A stretch of DNA of 64,000 bases from positions 25,358,001-25,422,000 of the forward strand of contig OX597831.1 of the NCBI GenBank assembly GCA_951406725.2. The letters are read 5' to 3'. Below are positions 37,982 to 49,418 of the stretch, piece after piece. Position 1 is the first letter of the stretch. Every line of letters begins with the position of its first letter. The notes under the pieces were generated by a model. It had not been told where the DNA came from. It ran no database searches and worked only from the letters and a program-made list of their open reading frames with translations. The position numbers were made by a program, and so were the translations under genes. This stretch comes from Octopus vulgaris (lineage: Eukaryota).

Positions 37982-38369
37982 GGCACAGGAGTGGCTGTGT
38001 GGTAAGTAGCTTGCTTACCAACCACATGGTTCCGGGTTCAGTCCCACTGCGTGGCACCTTGGGCAAGTGTCTTCTACTATAGCCTCGAGCCGACCAAAGC
38101 CTTGTTAGTGAATTTGGTAGACGGAAACTGAAAGAAGCCCATCATATATATGTATATATATGTGTATGTGTGTGTTTGTGTGTCTGTGTTTGTCCCCCCA
38201 ACATCGCTTGACAACCAATGCTGGTGTGTTTACGTCCCCGTAACTTAGCGGTTTGGCAAAAGAGACTGATAGAATAAGTACTAGGTTTACAAAGAATAAG
38301 TCATGGGGTCAATGTGCTCGACTAAAGGCGGTGCTCCAGCATGGCCGCAGTCAAATGACTGAAACAAGT
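37982..38369 (+). mobile_element. SINE family A, full length (reference copy)
   Basis: GGCACAGGAGTGGCTGTGTGGTAAG...GGGTTCAGTCCC...GCATGGCCGCAGTCAAATGACTGAAACAAG. Confidence 0.9.
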
Positions 38370-38461
38370 TGGAAGAGCTGTAGTTTGCTATTTCATCATG
38401 TCCTTTTATGAGCTGAGTTCAAATCCCATCATAATTCTTCTTCTCTGGCTTTCAGAGAACA

Positions 38462-38795
38462 ATAGGGTAAAGACCACCTCCTCTGGTCGTGAATTACTAT
38501 GGAATTGCACTTAGAAAGCCATCCTCCGAGGCACAAGTCTGGACGAGGTTGTTTATGAAAGACCAGCAGTCAACCATGCATACCAGCCTCCCCTCTCTAT
38601 GCTCCCAATGTTATCCAAGGGAAAGGCAAATACAGCTTGGCACTGTTGACATAACTCATTTCTACAACTGAGTGAACTGGAGTAATGTGAAATAAGTGTC
38701 TTGCTCAAGAACACAACACCTCAACCCAGTCCAGTAGCCGAACTCACTGCCTCATGATTATGAGCCCAACACTCTAACCACTGAGCCATGCACCT
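38462..38795 (-). mobile_element. tRNA-derived SINE, family D-related
   Basis: Head GGTGCATGGCTCAGTGGTTAG and TTCTTGAGCAAGACACTT core; homologous to 51940-52211 and 5700-5890. Confidence 0.8.
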
Positions 38796-38825
38796 TTGCA
38801 CAATAAATATCAGTGAAATACTGGT

Positions 38826-39037
38826 TTCACATTTTGGCACAAGACCAGCAATTGTAGGGTAGTGCTTAAGTTAATTACATCAAATCCAGAGTTCAACTGG
38901 TACTCATTTTAGTGAGCCCAAAAGGATGAAACACAAAGTCAACCTTGATGGAATTTGAACTCAGAACTTAAAGACAGGTGAAATCCTGCTATGCATTTTG
39001 CCAAGGGTGTTGACCATTCTCCCTGCTTACTGCCTTA
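38826..39037 (-). mobile_element. SINE family B, diverged
   Basis: B central domain recognisable. Confidence 0.75.
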
Positions 39038-39224
39038 ATATTAGCAAAATATTCAGAGTTGATGTAATCAGCAATCCGTTCCTTCACCTTATCTACCGGG
39101 GTTGATATAACCAACTGTACCCTTTCCTGCTTCAAATGCTTTTGTTGATATAATTAGATGTACCCTAATCCAACCCAAATGTAATATCCAGCCAATCATT
39201 TTTGTTTGACTATTGAGACCTATT

Positions 39225-39597
39225 GAGTCAAGTACATCAACGTCAAAATAAAAATCAAATGGAAATTGTAGTTGTAATACCCATGCCAGTGGCACGTAAA
39301 AAGCCCCCATCCGAATGTGGCCGATGCCAGCACCACCTTGCTTGGCTTCCATGCTGGTGGCATGTAAAAAGCACCAACCGATAGTGGATGTTGCCAGCCT
39401 CATCTGGCCCCTGTGCTGCTGTCACGTAAAAAGCATCCACTACACTCACAGAGTGGTTGGTGTTAGAAAGGGCATCCAGCTGTAGAAACACTGCCAGATC
39501 AGACTGGAGCCTGGTGCAGCCTCCTGGCTTCCCAGACCCTGGTCAAACTGTCCAACCCTTGCTAGCATGGAAAACGGACGTTAAACAATGATGATGA
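39225..39597 (+). mobile_element. SINE-like family C
   Basis: Tandem units, conserved 3' part, (GAT)n tail. Confidence 0.85.
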
Positions 39598-39614
39598 TTG
39601 TTACCATTTTGCAT

Positions 39615-40003
39615 CTTTAACTTGTTTTAATCATTAGACTGCAGTCATACTGGGATGCCAATTTGAAGAATCTTTTGCTTAACTGAATCAACCCCAGTAC
39701 TAATTTCTCTGTAAGCCTGGTACTTATTTGATCAGTCGATTTTGCTAAACTGTTAAGTTATGGGGATGTAAACACACCAACACCAGTTATCAAGTAGCAG
39801 TAGGATATAAACACAGACACAAAGATGGACACACACACACACACATCAGGTTTCTCTCAGTTTCCATCTATGAAATCCACTCACAAATCTTTGGACGACC
39901 CAATGCTATAATAGAAGACACTTGCCCAAGGCACCATGTAGTGGGATTGAACACAGAATCCTGTTGTTGGGAAGCAAGTTTCTTACTGCACACCCAAACC
40001 TGA
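39615..40003 (-). mobile_element. SINE family A, older copy
   Basis: Diverged match to the family A consensus. Confidence 0.75.
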
Positions 40004-41014
40004 GCAATTAATGTCTTAATTTTATTGTTTAACACCAGGTCATCTCCTATTTTGTAGAACTACAATCACAAATTTTCCAACCATAACCATCTCGGAAGTT
40101 TTGTACAGCTGGATTTTTGGTGTACAATGTGTCCCTTTATATTTAAGACATCAAAATATGATACAAAATTTAGATTCAGCTGCTTCATCTAGCAGATGGA
40201 CAGGCTGCAGAGGGACATTTTCATTGGCTCTCAGTAGCAATGGCGTTATCTTGTAGAAATCAAACAAAACCAAGCTACCAGTAAATTCCATTGATTGCAC
40301 TTTTAACAGAGTAGGGAATTCAATGACAGATGATATTTCAAAGCCACATTCAATTACGTCAAGTATATGTTTGTTTGTTGCTGTTGTTGTTGTTGTTGTG
40401 TTGCATTTCAAATGTCATCATTCTGTCCACTCCTCCTTCTCCTCTTCCTCATCATCATCAACATCATCATCATCATCAATTGCTCTCTCTCCTCCATCAC
40501 ATCACCCTTCCATCTCTCCATCATTCTCCTGTTTCCTTGGTTCTCAGTTGCGAGCAAATTGCTGTCCAAGTAATGTTTGATTCCACCATAAACTCCTTCT
40601 GATGAAAATCTTTCATCAATCAAACTCGTTAGCATATGTGCGTTGATTCATTACCTCCTGGCAAGTAAACGAAGTAAAGTGATGAAAACAGCATCAAAAT
40701 TACTGCTTTTTTTTTTCATTATCAAACTGAAAACTTAGCAAATGAAAAAAAAAATATATTGCATATTTATAACTACTTGAATGTTACAAGGTGAGGCCAT
40801 GGGGCACCATCAGCTACATAACAAGGGGCAACCTATACACACATGATAATACACACATATACACATACACATACATATATTTGTGTTACATTTGTATGCA
40901 TATAATACATATATTTATATATATGTACATGCATATATATGTGTGTATATATATATATGTACAGATATATAAATATATATATATATATATAGTATCAGTG
41001 TCTCTGTATACATC

Positions 41015-41880
41015 TGGCTGTGTGGTAAGAAGCATGCTTCTCAACCACATTGTTCTTGGTTCAGTCCCAACTGTGTTACACCTTGTTCAAGAGTCTTCTA
41101 TAGCCTCGGGTCAACCAAAGCCTTGTGAGTGGATTTGGTAGATGGAAACTGAAAGTAGCCTATTGTACATCATCATCGTTTAACGTCCGTTCTCCATGCT
41201 AGCATGGGTTGGACGGTTTGACCAGGGATCTGGGAAGCCAGAAGGCTGCACCAGGCTCCGGTCTTATCTGGCAATGTTTCTACAGCTGGATGCCCTTCCT
41301 AACGCCATGCATATGTATATATCTAGGTGTGTGTGTCTTTGTGTCTGTGTTAGTCCCTGGTTCACTGCTGGACAAAGAGTGTTGGTGTGTTTATGTCCCC
41401 ATAACCTCTCTTACTGGGTAACCATGTACTTCCTCTATAGCAAAATAACCTGTTTCTGGTTCTCCATCTCTCTCTCTTACACTCTAACCTTGCATCACCT
41501 GACACAAGATCCCCTCTTCAAATGCCCCCACCTCTCTTAATATTTCTTGTCTTGCAAGTTACTTGGTGACTCTGCTGGTGCTGGTGCTATGTAAAAAGCA
41601 TACAGTCTACACTGTAAAGTGGTAGGCATTTGGAAGGGCATCAAGCTGTAAAAAATCATGCCAAAACTAACATTGCCTGTGCTAGTGCCATCTAAAAAGC
41701 AGTGAGTCAACTCTGGAGAGTGGTTGATGTCAGGAAGGGCATCCAGCCATAAAAAACCTGCCAAAACAGACACAATAGCCTGGGGCAGTCTTCTACCTGG
41801 CTGGTTCTTGTCAACTGTCCTACACATACATGCACGGAAAATGGATTGTAAATGACGATGATGATGATGATGATGATGAT
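41015..41880. mobile_element. Nested SINE cluster (A interrupted by C; further C copy)
   Basis: A at 41015-41160 and 41330-41405; C (minus) at 41170-41308; C (plus) at 41520-41880. Confidence 0.75.
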
Positions 41881-42003
41881 GTAGTAGTAGTAGTAGTAGT
41901 AGTAGTAGTATATGTGTGTCTATGTATTAAGATAGAGGTTCATTGAAAAACCAGTTAGTTTAGCTGTCTGTTTATATATCTCAATATATGATAACACAGT
42001 TTG

Positions 42004-42528
42004 TAAGATGGTGAGCTGGCAAAATTGTTTATACACTGGAAAAAATTCTTAGTGACTTTATATTATGTGTTCAAATTCTGCTGAGGTCAACTTTGCCTTT
42101 CATCCTTTTCAGGGTCGATAAAATAAGTACCAGTTGTACACTGGGGTTGATGTAATTGACCTATTCCTTTCACTGAACTTGCTAGCCTTGTAGCGAAATT
42201 TAAAACCTATACATGATAATACATGTATAGGTTTTAAATTTCGCTACAAGGCTAGCAAATAAGTGGAGGGAATAGGTCAATTACGTCAGCCCCAGTGTAC
42301 AACTGGTACTTGTAAGGAGGTGAGCTGGCAGAATTGTTAGCAAACCAGACAAGGTGCTTAGCAACATTTCATCTGCCTTTGTGTTCTGGCTTCAAATTCT
42401 TCCAAGTTTGACTTTGTTTCTCATTCTTTCAGGGTCAGTCAAATAAGTACCAGTTGAAGACTAGGGTCAATGTAACTGATTTACCCACTCCTTTAAATTT
42501 GCTGGCCTTGTGCCAAAAGTAGAAACCA
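42004..42528 (+). mobile_element. Two SINE B copies around an inverted duplication of a B tail
   Basis: B at 42004-42207 and 42314-42528; palindrome arms 42125-42215 and 42222-42311. Confidence 0.85.
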
Positions 42529-44058
42529 ATATATGAGAACATAGCTTATGGATACACAATACATCGGAACAACTGTGTGAAGTTTCTGTGATAGAAAAAA
42601 GCTATACAACTCACACAGTTACAATAATCAGTTTGACTGGCTGGCAACAGGTTCCCGCTAACTATATATTTGAATTGTCATTAGTTGAGAATACAACTGT
42701 GGACAATGTAATTAGAAAAATTTGTTTAATGAAAGCTTGTTCAACAAGAAGATATCTTTCCATTGTCGGTGTAGATTAGAATATGATAAGTTGACGAATC
42801 TATGTGTCTATATTTTATATATTTCATATTGACATAGTCAGTGTTAAGGAAGTATGTACACAGATTGTATGTTTGTGTGTGCGTGTGTGTATGTGCATGT
42901 GTGTGCATGTCTGTGTGCATATATGTATGTATATGTGTGTGTGTCTTTGTGTATACAATATGTATGTATATGTGTGTGTATATATATGATATACATGTGT
43001 GTGTGAGTGTATATATGTTTGTGTATATATATACGTATGTATGTATATGTCTGCATATATATATAGATAGATAGATACATATGTATGTATAGATATATAT
43101 ATATGTGTATATATAAGTGTATGTGTGCATGTATATATGTATATACATGTGTGTGTACATATATATGTATGCATGTATGTGTGTAGATGTATATATATAT
43201 GTGTGTGTGCATATTTATGTATATGTTTATGTGTTTGTATATGAGTGTATATATATGTATATACATACATACACATGCACATGTATATATATATGAACGA
43301 ATGCATAAGTATATAAACATCTTTGCACATGCTTGAATGTATATATATAGTTACACTGTCACATACAAAAATGCATATGCTCACACATGTGCACATACAT
43401 ACACGCATGCATGCACACATATACACACACATTTCATATCAAATATTAGAAGATTAATTTTGGGTGTGGCATTTAAATATTTGTTATTCTTGTATTGATT
43501 AAATTGTACATTTACGAACTCTATATACATTTAGACATTCAACACATTTATCCAAATCTATATATTTATGCAAACATAATGGATTATGTATAGCTAAACA
43601 TTCAGCCCATACACTTAGGAGGTATTTTTCAACAAACTCTTATGTATATAAATTATGTCTGATATGTATGTCAGCATGTAAACATGTTCTATATTAAAAA
43701 GACTAACAGATTTATGCAACACACAATACACACACACACACACACACATATATATGTCATCAGTAAATCATAAATCCAAAAGAGAAGCACTCCCTTAGTT
43801 ATAGAGCAATAATTAAATATAATTATGGTTGGTCTATGGGTTTCATGTCCACAAAGGGCTGAGCTTTATGGTGTTTCTTCAGGGTCCTAAGAAACTCTGT
43901 AAAGCAAGGCTAAGCACTTCATGGATGTGAAATCCAGGCTAACCCCCAGAGACCAGCTATAACTGTCTTTTTGCCATGATAGATCACTAGCCACTATATC
44001 TTTTTCTATTTCTATTTTCTATTTTTTCTATTTTCTGTCCCTGTTTATTTCTATGTTC

Positions 44059-44094
44059 CTTTTTGTTGAAGAGCATAGGCTCGAAACGTAAAAG
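44059..44094 (+). ncRNA. Minimal hammerhead variant
   Basis: CTTT-TTGTTGA-A-GAGC-ATAG-GCTC-GAAAC-GTA-AAAG. Stems I and II and ACGT palindromic stem III are present; the core has two changes; the module ends in (TA)n at 44163. Confidence 0.6.
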
Positions 44095-44178
44095 ACTTTC
44101 TCACTTCCCAAGCGTTAAACTAACACATCTGTTTGTTCTTTTGTTTTTTTGTAAATTATCACTATATATATATATATA

Positions 44179-44394
44179 TAGAAATGTTATAATTTCTAAA
44201 CCTCTCTGAAGGAGAGATACAGCAGCAGTACTGGGTATTAATATTTATTGCCAAACTAACGTGGTAGTCCAGAGAAATAGGACGAATGCAGCTGTTGGTT
44301 AGCTTCAAGAGGCGATTGCTTCTAGCTAGCTATATGATGCACAAATCTGCATCCATAAACCTTCGAACAAGGGAGGTCACCAACTTCCCCTTGC
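44179..44394 (+). repeat. Structured (TA)n-anchored repeat, copy 2
   Basis: Aligns with 15746-15958, with compensatory changes. Confidence 0.75.
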
Positions 44395-44703
44395 TGGCTT
44401 GGCATTCACAGACCAGTTTCAGTGTAGTTTCTCCATACCAAAACACTGTGTCTCTTTTGGCAGTGTTTTTAAGGTTGGATGCCCTTCCTTACATCAACCA
44501 CTCTGAAGAATGGACTTAGTGCTTCTTAAGTGGCATAGGTTAATTTTGGTATGGTTTTTACAGCTGGATGCTCTTCCAAATGCATTGTATGTGGCACCAA
44601 CACTGGTAGGGTCACCAAGTAACTTGCAAGACAAGGAATTATGAGAGGGGCAGGGGTGTTTGAAGTGGGAACTCATGTCAGAGGATGACAAAGAGACAGA
44701 ATA

Positions 44704-44763
<60 letters not shown>

Positions 44764-44837
44764 ATGCCTGCATACATGCATTCATCTCTGTATTTTGAAA
44801 ATGTTATGAAACGTTTCAGTCCCAAAAAATCTTGCCT

Positions 44838-45204
44838 TATTACCTCTGCCTTAGTGAAGGTAGAGGTATTGTTTTCAGTCTTGTTTCTTTGTCCGTGGAC
44901 AAGATATCTCAAGAACCGCTGGATGGATACAGATGAAACTGCCAGGAATGTTTGGCTTCATGACTAGTGTGAACTGATTACATTTTGGGATCGATACAAT
45001 ATCAGGCAAAGATTCTAGATTATTTTTCCCGTTTTTTTTAACTTAATTTTTGAGAGCAGTTGGGTTCATTATTAGCATTCTCTCGTTTGTGAGAGCAGTT
45101 GAGTTTATTTCAGATATTCACATTTTAAAAATCATCCCCAGCTAATTGTTGCGAGGACATTGGTGTTGCCTTGGCAGAGGTTTGAACTCTCTGAATGCTC
45201 TTGT
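44838..45204 (+). mobile_element. Helentron-associated (HINE/DINE-1-like) non-autonomous element
   Basis: 5' TATTACCTCTGCC with nearby inverted GGTAGAGGTA; 3' subterminal inverted GGCAGAGGT followed by an imperfect hairpin GAACTCTCTGAATGC-TCTTGT. Confidence 0.65.
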
Positions 45205-46084
45205 GTTGTACTTATTTCTGTTTCTATGGAAGTCAATAGAAAATGCATTTCATATGGAATTTCATGTTACAGCAAGATTTTTTTTTCAGAAATACCATGG
45301 TTCCATAACTTAAGAGATGTTTGTATTTAAAAGAAAAGATTAGATCAGTTACTCTAAGTGCAGGGCCATGGTTGGGCATGGTGCCATAGTTTCTACTCAC
45401 AAGGTTCTCATTAATGAGATTCCATTTTTTTTCCTTACTCAACAATGTACTTTTTTTGTACTCAGTACTTAATAAAATAATTACTGGTAGAGTCTTTTGT
45501 AGTAAATAATCGTGATAAAATATTAAAAATAAGATTGTTTTTTACCAACCATCAGTGGGGCATGCATTTTTCTGAAAAGTTGTAGTGGTACCTGGTGGGG
45601 AATAGATTGGGAAACATTATGTTAGATAGAAAAAGCAGCATGCTAGAAATAACAGCAAGACACCATGGTGTTAAGAAATGAAAAGAAAGCCTCTTTTTCC
45701 ATTTTTTTACAGCATTATTAAATTTCCCTGAGCAAAGGACACATTGCGTTAAGGTAGCATATGTTTGGTGAGCTTGTAAACCGATATGAAGAAGTTGTGT
45801 CTGGGACATTTGATCTGGTACTGATCAGGTTTACTTTGGAAGTAAATCACAGCAACAATATCACTCAGGCATTAAAATTTGTCAAACAATCTGAAATGTC
45901 TTCTAGATATTCCTGTTATAGAGTCAAAGACAGGAGGGTTGTTAGGGTGTGGTAATGGGAAAGAGTTGCTATTTCAAGAACGAAATATTTATGCGGAAAG
46001 TGAATAAATAAATAACCATGATGTGATGAGGACATTAACTGAATAATTAGCAATACTTTAAGTTTCCATCATCTACAAACAATT

Positions 46085-46270
46085 TCACATCATAGGAAAT
46101 ATCACGCATGATATGAACACATGATTTAATATCAAGAGATGTATCACATGTGATTTGATATGATAGGAAATACCATACAGGATATAAACATATGTGATTT
46201 GATAACACTGGAAATATTACAGGACATAAGCATGCAATATGATAATATAGGAAATATCACAGGATATATT
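46085..46270. repeat. Degenerate ~45-bp minisatellite
   Basis: ATAGGAAATATCAC..AGGATATAAACAT..GTGATTTGAT repeated about four times; one more unit at ~47053-47077. Confidence 0.6.
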
Positions 46271-46359
46271 ATTTGCTGACAACTTGCAGATACAAGTGCT
46301 ACCAGTTGAAAGCTTCACTTACCAGACACTAGTAGACTTACAGGGTCATCAGGAGAGAA

Positions 46360-46980
46360 AGGAGGGGAGCTGGCAGAAATGTTAGCATGCTTAGCGGTAT
46401 TTCGTCTGCCATTACGTTCTGAGTTCAAATTCCGCCGAGGTCGACTTTGCCTTTCATCCTTTCGGGGTCAATAAATTAAGTACCAGTTGCGTACTGGAAT
46501 CGATCTAATCAACCTGGCCCCCTCCTCCAAAATTTCTGGTCTTGTGCCAGACAAAATGCTTACAAGGTGGTGAGCTGGCAGAATCGTCAGCACGCTGGGC
46601 GAAATGCTTAGCGGTATTTTGTCTGCCGCTATGTTCTGGGTTCAATTCTGCCGAGGTCGACTATGTCTTTCATCCTTTCAGGGTCAATAAATTAAGTACC
46701 AGTTACGCACTGGGGTCGATGTAATCGACTTAATCCGTTTGTCTGTCCTTGTTTGTCTCCGCTGTGTTTAGCCCCTTGTGGGTAGTAAAGAAATAGGTAT
46801 TTTGTTTGCCATTACGTTCGGAGTTCAAATTCTGCCGAGGTTGACTTTGCCTTTCATCCTTTCGGGGTTGATAAATTAAGTACCAGTTACACATTGGGGT
46901 CGATGTAATCAACTTAATCCCTTTGTCTGTCCTTGTTTGCTCTCTCTATGTTTAGCCCCTTGTGGGCAATAAAGGAATAA
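46360..46980 (+). mobile_element. Stack of three SINE B copies within one 9-bp TSD
   Basis: AGGAGAGAA at 46351-46359 and 46980-46988; B units at 46360-46548, 46563-46797 and 46797-46980. Confidence 0.85.
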
Positions 46981-47534
46981 GGAGAGAATGTGTGCTGTTT
47001 CAGGACCTTTCTCTCAATAGCATATTCGTGCAGTGTCCCCACTGCCTTGCTGAGAAATATCGCAGGATATATACATGAATGTGTATGTGTGTGTGTGTTT
47101 ATAAATTTTCAGAATTCAAAAGAATCAGATATTTAAATAGCAAAAGCACCAAGGTACAGTCAGGGATAGCGCACCTGTGTACCAACAATGTCTACCGATA
47201 TATATACGTACTTACTAAAGTAAATACAGATTTGTCCTTCCAGTTATGTACGCATTCACAAGTAGTTTACTGACTCTGTGTGTCATGTAGGACATACTGG
47301 GATACAGTCTCTGCATGTATTCCACTTCTACTACAAACTCCAATATATTTGCACTAGACTGCAAATTTGTTGCCAGAGATACACCAATGCCTTATTAAAT
47401 AATGAAAGAACACCTTATATAATACAGCCTTGGTCATGGACGAATACCTTGACATATGTATTAACTACATCTGTGCTGACATGTAACTAAACAACAACAA
47501 CAATACATATCTAATCATAGTGTCATTATATACT

Positions 47535-47571
<37 letters not shown>

Positions 47572-47611
47572 TTGTATTATATATATATATTTGTATATAT
47601 ATATATGTTTG

Positions 47612-47642
<31 letters not shown>

Positions 47643-47797
47643 TTGTAGATATATATATTTGTATATAGAAATACAATAAGAGGCTTCTAAATAGGAAAGC
47701 CTTGTGCAAGAAAGAGCAGTAGAAAGCTCAAAACCACCAAATAAGGATTAATTTTCGAAAGGAATGAAAATTTAAAACGTTTACCATCTTAATTATT

Positions 47798-47866
47798 TCC
47801 CAGACCATGGTTTCTAACTATTTCTAGCAAAAAAATATTTGCTGAAGGCCAGTTTCATCAGTGGGA
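47798..47866 (-). ncRNA. Type I hammerhead ribozyme motif (best preserved)
   Basis: Minus strand: TCCCA-CTGATGA-AACT-[TTCAGCAAA..TTTGCTAGAA hairpin]-AGTT-A-GAAAC-CATG-GTC-TGGGA. 5-bp stem I, intact core, GUC triplet, palindromic stem III ACCATGGT. Confidence 0.8.
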
Positions 47867-48026
47867 CAGATTTTTGATCTCAAATACACAACACAGCCAG
47901 ATCCACATGTAAAACTAACTGCCTGTATATCCTAACTTTTCAGACCACTGCGCAGACGCAGATTAATATATATTAATATATAGATTAATATATATTAGTA
48001 TATACAGATGCATATATATATATATT

Positions 48027-48144
<118 letters not shown>

Positions 48145-48352
48145 TATATATATATATATATACTACAAAATTAGAGAATGGAGAAACATACATAAATCAA
48201 TAAAACATCAACTATCCATGATACCCAATCAATACTTTAATACACCATTACATATGAGTAGAGGCATTATACAAAAAGAGATATACATTAATAGTAAAAA
48301 GATAAAGAGATATAAGTAAAAAATTTCAAATATAATATGCAATTAATCAAAA

Positions 48353-48458
48353 CTGACAGCTGTTTCGGCAGTGAGGGCAGTCATACTATTTAACCTATAA
48401 GCCATAAAGGCAGGTATAAATGAGGCATTAACAAGGATGCCCCACGGCCTCTTCAGAG
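48353..48458 (-). ncRNA. Hammerhead motif, left-arm copy
   Basis: Reverse complement of 49311-49418 with a 2-nt loss in the stem II extension. Confidence 0.7.
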
Positions 48459-48801
48459 AATTAAATTAAATTTGTTATAATTGTGAAAAATATTATATAA
48501 TCATATACATATAAATATAAAAATATAAAAATGTAAAATATAAAAACTTATACATCATAATGCTACACTTATATAATATAATACACATTGGTACAATAAA
48601 GGAAGGTAAACAGAACAAAATAAAACAAAATATATATCAGTGTATATATTAATATTAATAAGTACCGATATTATACATATTTGGCTAATATTTTTTAAAA
48701 AAAACCTAACACATAGGGAGATGAAAAATAATAATAATTAAAACCATGGTTCAGTTCATAAAATTCTAAAGCTATAAAAGTTAATAAAAATTACTATTAA
48801 T

Positions 48802-48844
<43 letters not shown>

Positions 48845-48903
48845 GATACAGTTAAGTTTGCACGATCTTGAAAGGATGGACTTTGTGCAAACTTAACTGT
48901 ATC

Positions 48904-48964
<61 letters not shown>

Positions 48965-49310
48965 ATTAATAGTAATTTTTATTAACTTTTATAGCTTTAG
49001 AATTTTATGAACTGAACCATGGTTTTAATTATTATTATTTTTCATCTCCCTATGTGTTAGGTTTTTTTAAAAAAAAAATATTAGCCAAATATGTATAATA
49101 TCGGTACTTATTAATATTAATATATACACTGATATATATTTTGTCTTATTTTGTTCTGTTTACCTTCCTTTATTGTACCAATGTGTATTATATTATATAA
49201 GTGTAGCATTATGATGTATAAGTTTTTATATTTTACATTTTTATATTTTTATATTTATATGTATATGATTATATAATATTTTTCACAATTATAACAAATT
49301 TAATTTAATT

Positions 49311-49418
49311 CTCTGAAGAGGCCGTGGGGCATCCTTGTTAATGCCTCATTTATACCTGCCTTTATGGCTTATAGGTTAAATGAGGTATGACTGCCCTCAC
49401 TGCCGAAACAGCTGTCAG
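49311..49418 (+). ncRNA. Hammerhead motif with long branched stem II
   Basis: CT-CTGAAGA-GGCCGTGGGGCA...ATGCCTCATTTA/TAAATGAGGTAT...TGCCCTCACTGCC-GAAAC-AGCT-GTC-AG. Canonical core and GUC triplet; stem I is only 2 bp. Confidence 0.75.

Noticed and set aside
40151-40411. 86-aa minus-strand ORF in unique sequence
   Set aside because: No recognisable domain or clear splice boundaries; it begins in a (CAA)n repeat.
40595-40635. CTGATGA…AAACTCGTTAG
   Set aside because: The G of GAAA is missing, and the competing hairpin GATGAAA/TTTCATC sequesters the core.
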